A stretch of DNA of 64,000 nt from the IMG/VR virus record IMGVR_UViG_3300010158_000053, positions 1-64,000 of that record; one strand, given 5' to 3'. The notes beneath the pieces are model-generated. The model did no database searches and had not been told where the DNA came from. It saw only the letters and a list, made by a program, of their open reading frames with translations. The first letter of the stretch is position 1. Every line of letters begins with the position of its first letter. The stretch comes from an uncultured virus (IMG/VR IMGVR_UViG_3300010158_000053) (taxonomy: Duplodnaviria; Heunggongvirae; Uroviricota; Caudoviricetes). Shown piece after piece: positions 57,689 through 64,000 of this stretch. The position numbers and the translations under genes were made by a program.

Positions 57689-58561
57689 TTAGCCTCGTTT
57701 CATACAAGTTGTACGGGCCATTGCCTGCCAATTGCTGGGAAAGCTCTTACGCAAATCTGCCAACTTAAGAACCATACGCAAACTAAGTTCACGCAATTTA
57801 GTTTGGTTAGTTACAATGAAATCAACCAGTTCATCACGCACAATGTCGATGTTATCAAAATCATATTTTTCCAACATACCATCGGAGATAATTTGTTTGA
57901 TACGCAGGATCTTTTCACGGGTAGTATCCATCTGCAAATCAATGTAGTGGCAACGTGACTCAAGTGCGTCCAAGTGGTCACGTAGTTTCTTGGAGCGAAC
58001 GTGTTCAAACTTAATGTTGGTAATGAAAATTGCCGCACCTTTAAACTCAAAGCGATCTGGAATACCTTCGCTACGCAAAATACGGCTGTCAGTATTCCAA
58101 CTAATAAAGCGACGTGAACTAGAGTCCAATGCACCTTTCAAAATATTCAAACTAAGGTCTTCTTGCAAAATGCTGTCACAGTCATCAAACACGACCACGT
58201 TACCGTGTGCGCTGAATTCGTACAGTTTAGCATACAGACCAATTGCACTCATTGCACCTTTAACAACTTCGTACTTGGGTTTCTTTTCAGCCAACTTATT
58301 AAACAAGTCTGCTTTTTCCAGCACAGTTTCAACACCAAACGACTTACCAACGCCTGGAGGGCCACTAACAATCATAGCACGAACATTGCCTTCTTTCACG
58401 GCACGTGTCATACTGTCCAAGATCTCAAACCGTTCACGCAGACGATCCATAATTTGTTCATCTGTTTCCTGTGCAACTTCTGCTTCACGAGCTTTGATAG
58501 CTTCTGTATCAAACTCGAGAATGTTAGAAACTGCTGACGGTTTAGTGTTTGCTTTTGCCAT
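57689..58561 (-). CDS. AAA+-like ATPase
   Basis: GPPGVGKS, VFDDCD, FITN, SRC. Confidence 0.8.
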   Translation of the reverse strand: MAKANTKPSAVSNILEFDTEAIKAREAEVAQETDEQIMDRLRERFEILDSMTRAVKEGNVRAMIVSGPPGVGKSFGVETVLEKADLFNKLAEKKPKYEVVKGAMSAIGLYAKLYEFSAHGNVVVFDDCDSILQEDLSLNILKGALDSSSRRFISWNTDSRILRSEGIPDRFEFKGAAIFITNIKFEHVRSKKLRDHLDALESRCHYIDLQMDTTREKILRIKQIISDGMLEKYDFDNIDIVRDELVDFIVTNQTKLRELSLRMVLKLADLRKSFPSNWQAMARTTCMKRG

Positions 58562-58593
58562 TTAAAAACTCCTAAGTTGTTTAGTATGTGTGT

Positions 58594-58622
58594 ATTATAA
58601 CAAGAAATAAAACTGTTGTCAA
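58594..58622 (-). promoter_or_regulatory. sigma70-type promoter
   Basis: TTGACA-N17-TATAAT. Confidence 0.8.
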
Positions 58623-58900
58623 CGGTTGACCTTATAATTTCCGCTCAAAAGAATCATTGAAATATCCGCTTCATTCTTGAGGTTGATCCAATATGGTCGT
58701 ACAGTTTCACCACGTGGTGGAGATCCAAAATTTGAACTCCACTGGCCTCGCTCTCGTTGCCATGAATATTGATGCCCGTAACGTTTTGTTAAAAACTGTT
58801 CAATTTCACCAGCACTTTTGCCCCAGGTAGTGAAACGTAAGGCGTGGGTAAAACCACTCTTGTATGCTGTGTATCTGCGATTAAGTTTAACAATTTTCAT
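58619..58900 (-). CDS. Hypothetical protein
   Basis: 93 aa; promoter TTGACT-N17-TATAAT at 58907-58935 places the ATG near the TSS (possibly leaderless). Confidence 0.7.
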   Translation of the reverse strand: MKIVKLNRRYTAYKSGFTHALRFTTWGKSAGEIEQFLTKRYGHQYSWQRERGQWSSNFGSPPRGETVRPYWINLKNEADISMILLSGNYKVNR

Positions 58901-59063
58901 AAGTGTATTATAACAAAAATTGCCTCTCCAGTCAAGAGATATTTTAATCTACGCTCCGTCTGTTCCGGAGTGTCACCACTAAGAGTTGTACTATTACTTG
59001 CCCAAGGATTTACCGCGGTACCTTGCGACTCATACTGAGATTTGTGGGTTGCTCGCTGTTCTA

Positions 59064-60143
59064 TTAAAAAGCATCCATATAGTAGTGATGTTTTTCTTGC
59101 ACCTTAACCAATGTCAACGCTTCACCATCTTTGTTCATAAAGATGAATGTACCTTTTTGTGGATCAATCTTTTGCAGATCACTGGGCTTGAACTCAGCCT
59201 GTTCCCACTCGTAGTAATCATCCTCATCTGGGCTCACTGCTGGAGTGATCACTTTGAAAGTGATATCAACATCGGCCTGTAGTGGATTGCCTTTCCATTG
59301 TTTGTTATCAATGTTGTCGTTCTCTACCAGCACACCTTTGACAGTCAGCGAAACATCGTACTTGTTACCACTGTCAAACTCTGGCTTGACGTTAAGCATA
59401 CGCAGGGCCGCTTCTGGAGGCTCATTGTAGCGATTCATTTCTTCAACCAAGGCCTTCAACATATCAAAGTTGAATTGACTGAACAGACTTGTGATAGAAC
59501 AGATGCGCTGAATGTGGCTCTTGTCATTCAAGTTATCTTCGCAGTATTCAATGATAAAGTCCTGTGTCAGACCTTTGTAGTCCAACATATAGAAGATGCG
59601 ACCTGGACGATTACGCATATGGCTATCAACACGCCATTTGTCGTTACAGGTAATAACAAACAATTTCTTGCTGGGGAATACGCCATCCAGCAGGGTCAGC
59701 ATTGCTTCTTGATCATTGGTGTCATAGACTTTTTCAAACTCATCAAACAATACCATACAAGGTTGTTCGATGTTTTGAATAAGTTGATTGAACTTGTCAC
59801 CAGTCCAAGGCTGATTGATAACAATGGTTGGAATACCTTGTGTAGCAGTTTGAATACTCAATGCCTTGGCCAGTAGGCTCTTACCAGAACCTTTCTCGCC
59901 AGTAAGCATCACGCCAGTACTTGCACTACGGCTCATAAAAGTATTGATGATGCGGTCACAGTTACTATTCAAGTCGCCGTAACGCTTGCCTTTGATTTCA
60001 AAAGAATCAATAGTTTCAAGGAACAAATTTCCCTGCATATCTGCTTTGATGGTATAGTTACCAGCAGGTAGTTGATCATGAAGATCCAACGCTTCTTTCG
60101 AAGATACTCGGAATGTATTACCGCTTTTTAGAAAATATGGCAT
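59064..60143 (-). CDS. AAA+ ATPase
   Basis: GEKGSGKS, LFDEFEK, ITCN, NRPGRI; promoter TAGACA-N17-TATAAT at 60178-60206. Confidence 0.82.
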   Translation of the reverse strand: MPYFLKSGNTFRVSSKEALDLHDQLPAGNYTIKADMQGNLFLETIDSFEIKGKRYGDLNSNCDRIINTFMSRSASTGVMLTGEKGSGKSLLAKALSIQTATQGIPTIVINQPWTGDKFNQLIQNIEQPCMVLFDEFEKVYDTNDQEAMLTLLDGVFPSKKLFVITCNDKWRVDSHMRNRPGRIFYMLDYKGLTQDFIIEYCEDNLNDKSHIQRICSITSLFSQFNFDMLKALVEEMNRYNEPPEAALRMLNVKPEFDSGNKYDVSLTVKGVLVENDNIDNKQWKGNPLQADVDITFKVITPAVSPDEDDYYEWEQAEFKPSDLQKIDPQKGTFIFMNKDGEALTLVKVQEKHHYYMDAF

Positions 60144-60220
60144 CTGTGACTTTCTATGTGTGTTGTTGATATATAAAATTATACGTTAAAAACAAGGGAC
60201 TGTCTAGTCCCTTGTATAGT

Positions 60221-61615
60221 TTACTTCATACTATTTGCTCGAACTTCGTCAAAGGTAATTTCTTTGATCAGTCGACCATCACGGTAAACTTCTCCCAATG
60301 CTTCAGTCCATACAGTGCCCCGATCTGTCCAACCTTTTGGTTGTTCAACACTGGTTTGGAATTCACCACCGCTGGTCCACAAAGTTACACGACCTTTCTT
60401 GGACGCTTTGACCTTGTCAGTAACGGGGTCTTTGAACACATCAACCCATTCACCTTTAATCAGTGCCGCGCTACATTTCATCGCAAACTTTTGTGTATCA
60501 CGATCCAATTGCTGTAGCAATGCACCACCCATACCAAAAGCAATGTTGTCTGCACTCCAGCCACCAAAGTCAACAATCTTTGTAAGAATACTGCGAATGC
60601 TCAACTGGTTGATACCGTCACCCCAAAGTACACGAACATTGTTCAGTACTTTGTAGCCTTTGGCGTTTGTGGTATATCCAAATGTTTCGCCTAGGATTTG
60701 AAACATCTTTGGCAGTACTTCAACAGGATCGCCACTGTCAGGACGAATAACGACAGTAGCACCGCTGTCAATTACCTGTTGTTTCAACTCAGTGCCCCAC
60801 AAGCGGCAGGCTTGGTAAATGTCGTAACTGTCCGACACCACTGCCAACAATGCACCAGGCTTGCCAAATTGTTGAACCATATTGCTATAGGCTTTTACTT
60901 CGTCTGGACGACCCCAACTTGTGACAGTGCTGTGCTCTGCGGCAGGGATACTAAATCCAGCGATTTCAGCGCCGTAATACTCACGAGCATACAAAATGCC
61001 AGTGATAGTATCAGTGCCCATGAAGTTGACAAGGTGGGCGGCTCCGCCGATGCCAGCGGATTCCATGCTGCTAACGCCACGAGCACCAAAATCATGGAGC
61101 TTAAAACTAATAGATGTAGGATCACCAGATTTCTCCAAATAGTCTGTAATAATGTTTTTGATGTACTTACTTTGCGTTGACACAGTAGTACCGTACCAAA
61201 TAGCACGAAGCAAAGCAGTTTCCAACCAAGTAGTCAACCAGAAACATTTAGGATCGGTGTTTTCAATTGTCGCAAGTACGTTTGAGACTGGAACAACAGT
61301 GCCTTCGGGTACCGCTCTGATAACAACTGGCAAATATCCGTTGTGAGCGGTAAGAATGTACTCCCATCCTTCCCTGTTAAAGGGCTCGCCGTGAGCGGTG
61401 AGGATTTCGTCAGCGATGTCGATGTCAGCCTGGGTAATTGGGCTGAGTAGGTATTCCTTGATAAAAGCCTGTAGTCCGAAGAATACAGTTCTATCATAAC
61501 GGCCGCCTCGTGACTCAATGTACGAATATACATTGGTGGTTCCTAGTGGGTATTGTTTGAACATTGACACTTTATAACTGTCTGTGTTCAGGATAAGATT
61601 TTTAGATAATTTCAT
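60221..61615 (-). CDS. nadV: Nicotinamide phosphoribosyltransferase
   Basis: TDSYK, LHDFGARG, PAAEHS, VSDSYD, IRPDSGDP, FGMGGALLQ. Confidence 0.92.
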   Translation of the reverse strand: MKLSKNLILNTDSYKVSMFKQYPLGTTNVYSYIESRGGRYDRTVFFGLQAFIKEYLLSPITQADIDIADEILTAHGEPFNREGWEYILTAHNGYLPVVIRAVPEGTVVPVSNVLATIENTDPKCFWLTTWLETALLRAIWYGTTVSTQSKYIKNIITDYLEKSGDPTSISFKLHDFGARGVSSMESAGIGGAAHLVNFMGTDTITGILYAREYYGAEIAGFSIPAAEHSTVTSWGRPDEVKAYSNMVQQFGKPGALLAVVSDSYDIYQACRLWGTELKQQVIDSGATVVIRPDSGDPVEVLPKMFQILGETFGYTTNAKGYKVLNNVRVLWGDGINQLSIRSILTKIVDFGGWSADNIAFGMGGALLQQLDRDTQKFAMKCSAALIKGEWVDVFKDPVTDKVKASKKGRVTLWTSGGEFQTSVEQPKGWTDRGTVWTEALGEVYRDGRLIKEITFDEVRANSMK

Positions 61616-61656
61616 TTTAAAGTTCCTTTAAAGTTAAAAGCATTCGCGTCTATCGC

Positions 61657-62676
61657 TTATGCACCTACAAAATGCTGTAGGATTTCGTAATGGTCTTCAA
61701 AGCATTGATCCGACCGGACCTCTGCAATAGGCACCCATCTAGCCTTTTCTGCATCATCACTACCTTTGACTTTTGGAAGTTCGCCATCAGGTAGAACAAT
61801 GTGGAAAGCGTGTGTAATTATACGACCTCGTGGACTACGGTCAATTGCATCAAATACTCTGCTACGAACAATACTACCTTTAAGTACTGGAGCAGGAACC
61901 TTGATCTGTGTTTCTTCACGTAGTTCACGCAACATAGCGGCCTCAACACTTTTGTCTGTATTAGCATTGACATAACCGCCAGGCAGTGCCCAAAGGCCGC
62001 GACCTGGTTCAGCACGGCGTTTGATCATTAGTACGTGACCACTGCAAATGACCACAGCGTCGGCAGTACTAAAGATTGGAGGATACTTCAATCCAGCATA
62101 TTGCTTTTTGTGTTCAATAATGAATTCACGTTCACGGATCACTTGTTCGTACTCTGCGGTAAGTGAAAACGCCATTAAGAAATCAAAAGTACTCGGCGGT
62201 ACAACATTCTTAATAAAGTTCATATTGACATCACGTTTGAAATACAACTCGCGAATGTCAGTAGCATCAAGTGGTTCAAGCAGTTCTACTTCTTCAAAAC
62301 CCCATTGCGGGAACATATCTAAGTAAAACGAACTTGGATCTTTCTTGTGCCCAATAATACCAATGTTATCACCCGGTTTGGTATGTTTAGCAACCAATGC
62401 TTGAACACGAACTGCCCACGCTTGGTCATTGTAAATTGTATCTGGATTGGGTTCAACTTGAACCTGCAAGTCAAGTCCACTAGTTGCGTACTTGATCATT
62501 ACGCTACGTTCGTGAAAGGTAAAGGGATTCTTGTAAGTGCGTGGCTGATTAGCGCTGCCGCAAATAAAGATCAATTGTTTACATTTAGCAGTGGCTCTAT
62601 GTGCCAGCATCAAATGTGCTGTGTGAAACGGTTGAAAACGTCCGATTAGGACAAGGGTATCATATTGTTTAGACAT
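61657..62676 (-). CDS. nadM: Bifunctional NMN adenylyltransferase/Nudix hydrolase (NadM-Nudix)
   Basis: GRFQPFHTAH, KNPFT, ATDIR; Nudix box PGG...AMLRELREET. Confidence 0.92.
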   Translation of the reverse strand: MSKQYDTLVLIGRFQPFHTAHLMLAHRATAKCKQLIFICGSANQPRTYKNPFTFHERSVMIKYATSGLDLQVQVEPNPDTIYNDQAWAVRVQALVAKHTKPGDNIGIIGHKKDPSSFYLDMFPQWGFEEVELLEPLDATDIRELYFKRDVNMNFIKNVVPPSTFDFLMAFSLTAEYEQVIREREFIIEHKKQYAGLKYPPIFSTADAVVICSGHVLMIKRRAEPGRGLWALPGGYVNANTDKSVEAAMLRELREETQIKVPAPVLKGSIVRSRVFDAIDRSPRGRIITHAFHIVLPDGELPKVKGSDDAEKARWVPIAEVRSDQCFEDHYEILQHFVGA

Positions 62677-62731
62677 TCAAAAATCCTTTGAATAATGTCG
62701 CTCGGAGTCTATCTCTTTGCTGTATGTATTT

Positions 62732-62760
62732 ATTATACAGGAGAAATTATCTCCTGTAAA
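62732..62760 (-). promoter_or_regulatory. sigma70-type promoter for NAD operon, embedded in inverted repeat
   Basis: TTTACA-N17-TATAAT; TACAGGAGA...TCTCCTGTA. Confidence 0.65.
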
Positions 62761-62775
62761 GTGATTTGGTTATTT

Positions 62776-62910
62776 TTATACTACTATATCTTCGTAGTCT
62801 TCTTTACCTACACCACACTCTGGGCAGGTAAAATCATCTGGAAGTGTATCCCAAACGCCTTCAGTTTCCTCATCGTGAATGTGACCACAGACAATGCAAA
62901 CGTGTTCCAT
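62776..62910 (-). CDS. Rubredoxin (44 aa)
   Basis: MEHVCIVCGHIHDE...LPDDFTCPECGVGKEDY; TAATG-coupled to rubrerythrin. Confidence 0.88.
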   Translation of the reverse strand: MEHVCIVCGHIHDEETEGVWDTLPDDFTCPECGVGKEDYEDIVV

Positions 62911-63359
62911 TATAGTTTCTCCAATACAGATTGATATGCGGCGGCGTGACGTTGCTCAACTTTTTGCAATGCTGCAAAGCGTTTTTCAGCTTTGGCCAAT
63001 ACAGCAGCAAATTGTTCAGCGTGTTCTTTACTTTCTTCAATTTGGTGATTGGCTTCAAAAGCGGCTTTGGTATTGCCTTCAAGTTCTGCTGCACGTTTGA
63101 AGTCTGGATACATTGTAGTAAACTCATATGTTTCACCTTCAATGGCTTTTTCCAAACATTCTCGAGTATTTGGTTTACCAATTAGTAATTCCAAATGACC
63201 CCAAGCGTGTAGCAACTCTTGGTCAGCAGTATGCTCAAAATGTCGTGCAACATCTTCGTAACCTTCTTCCCTTGCAATCTTTGCAAAGTAACGATACTTG
63301 ATGTGTGCTTGACTCTCACCCGCCAATGCGCTTTCAAGATTTTTAATTGTAATAGACAT
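62910..63359 (-). CDS. Rubrerythrin (short chain)
   Basis: AGESQA, QELLHA, GETYE, EESKEHA diiron ligands. Confidence 0.9.
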   Translation of the reverse strand: MSITIKNLESALAGESQAHIKYRYFAKIAREEGYEDVARHFEHTADQELLHAWGHLELLIGKPNTRECLEKAIEGETYEFTTMYPDFKRAAELEGNTKAAFEANHQIEESKEHAEQFAAVLAKAEKRFAALQKVEQRHAAAYQSVLEKL

Positions 63360-63461
63360 ACAGTCTCCTTGTAAAATAATATTGTACTTTTATTTACTAT
63401 AGGAATCAACCTAAAAATAGCATTTTTCAATTGAAAATTCCTATGACTTCTATAGTCATAA

Positions 63462-63486
63462 AAATAGGCTCCGGAGAGCCTACTTT
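63462..63486 (-). terminator. Intrinsic terminator ending the tmRNA coding piece
   Basis: AGTAGGCTC-TCCG-GAGCCTATTTTT. Confidence 0.8.
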
Positions 63487-63666
63487 GAGTTTCTGTTGCG
63501 AGGTATGTCTTACCCCAGGCTGCGTTTAGGCGGCCAATGCGTAAACTGAATCGTTTGCATTTATAGGTTTTGTGTCTTCGGCCGGGAAACCCCAACCCTA
63601 ACGGCTTCTACATTGCCGGACTGTCCATTTCATTACTCTTGACCCTGTCGAAACCATGGCAGGCCC
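63487..63666 (-). ncRNA. ssrA: tmRNA coding piece (5' acceptor strand, D-loop, tag ORF ANDSVYALAA at 63526-63558)
   Basis: Begins GGGCCTGCCATGGTTTCGAC; ATAAAT-GCA resume context; tag ends YALAA-TAA. Confidence 0.9.
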
Positions 63667-63679
63667 ATCATAAGAAAAC

Positions 63680-63877
63680 TTACTTTATAAAACGAGGAAT
63701 ACGAATTTCTGTACCAGCATATTGAAATGAATCTAACATTGGAACTAATGATTCAATATCACTAGCATTGTGTCGTTCCATCATCGTATGCTCACCATCT
63801 ATCAACATAAAGTACAACTTGGTTGTACCTTCGTCAACTTGCGGCTTGAAAATATATTCTAAATCTTGTAAAATCAT
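63680..63877 (-). CDS. 65-aa hypothetical protein inside the tmRNA intervening segment
   Basis: AAGGAAG RBS directly after the CCA; ORF fills the 223-nt spacer. Confidence 0.6.
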   Translation of the reverse strand: MILQDLEYIFKPQVDEGTTKLYFMLIDGEHTMMERHNASDIESLVPMLDSFQYAGTEIRIPRFIK

Positions 63878-63889
63878 CAAACTTCCTTA

Positions 63890-63954
63890 TGGTGGACCTG
63901 GCGGGAGTCGAACCCGCGTCCAGAATCCTTTTCAATCGACTTCATACAGTCTTA
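63890..63954 (-). ncRNA. ssrA: tmRNA acceptor piece (T arm, 3' acceptor strand, CCA)
   Basis: GGACGCGGGTTCGACTCCCGCCAGGTCCACCA; CAGGTCC pairs with GGGCCTG giving G3.U70. Confidence 0.9.
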
Positions 63955-63960
63955 ACTTAC

Positions 63961-63989
63961 AGTATATATTTATTTAATATCTATGTCAA
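63961..63989 (-). promoter_or_regulatory. sigma70-type promoter of permuted tmRNA
   Basis: TTGACA-N17-TATACT, with TAAATA in the spacer. Confidence 0.8.
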
Positions 63990-64000
63990 TCAAATTGGTA

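Noticed and set aside
63182..63595. 137-aa ORF across the tmRNA and rubrerythrin start
   Set aside because: It overlaps the tmRNA, its terminator and rubrerythrin in another frame; spurious.
63890..63921. tRNA gene or attP tRNA fragment
   Set aside because: There is no anticodon or D arm upstream, it pairs with the tmRNA 5' strand at 63660-63666, and no integrase is seen in the window.
1..64000. Genome-wide TGA reassignment (code 4/25)
   Set aside because: Many intact genes end in TGA with ATGA coupling (e.g. 10364, 10762, 35003, 49137), Trp is encoded by TGG, and coding density is already high in the standard code.
1..64000. Bacterial chromosome or prophage
   Set aside because: Host-like genes are interspersed with tail, lysis and T4-like clamp-loader genes and many tiny ORFs; no integrase or repressor module is seen.

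Overview
This window is a gene-dense, AT-rich segment of a large lytic dsDNA phage (jumbo or T4-like style), coded almost entirely on the minus strand. It has many consensus sigma70 promoters (TTGACA-N17-TATAAT) and T4-late-like TAAATA motifs. Spanin-like lipoproteins and a tmRNA tag ANDSVYALAA point to a diderm, probably proteobacterial host (inference). From left to right it holds: tandem nucleotidyltransferases; ClpA, peptide deformylase and a DnaJ-like protein; a lysis cassette; PhoH, clamp loader, GroES and a DnaE fragment; tail and fibre genes including a collagen-like fibre and an S53 protease-Ig protein; SOD; a sugar-modification cluster; UvsE; QueD, ClpP and FolE; many small early genes; an RNA-repair region; NAD salvage (NAMPT + NadM-Nudix); rubrerythrin/rubredoxin; and a tmRNA. 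Three observations stand out. (1) An RF1-type (PxT, GGQ) release factor lacks domain 1, is interrupted by an in-frame UGA at a position that is Trp in RF1, and sits in an operon with an RNA ligase and a phosphoesterase. (2) A circularly permuted two-piece tmRNA carries a 65-aa ORF inside its intervening segment. (3) Several cis-acting candidates are present: a preQ1-I-like pseudoknot before queD, a covarying GAUAGAC hairpin before both NAD genes, a 5'/3' complementary pair around phoH, a multi-helix element before sod, and tandem DnaA boxes. All protein calls come from reading motifs by eye; no searches were run.
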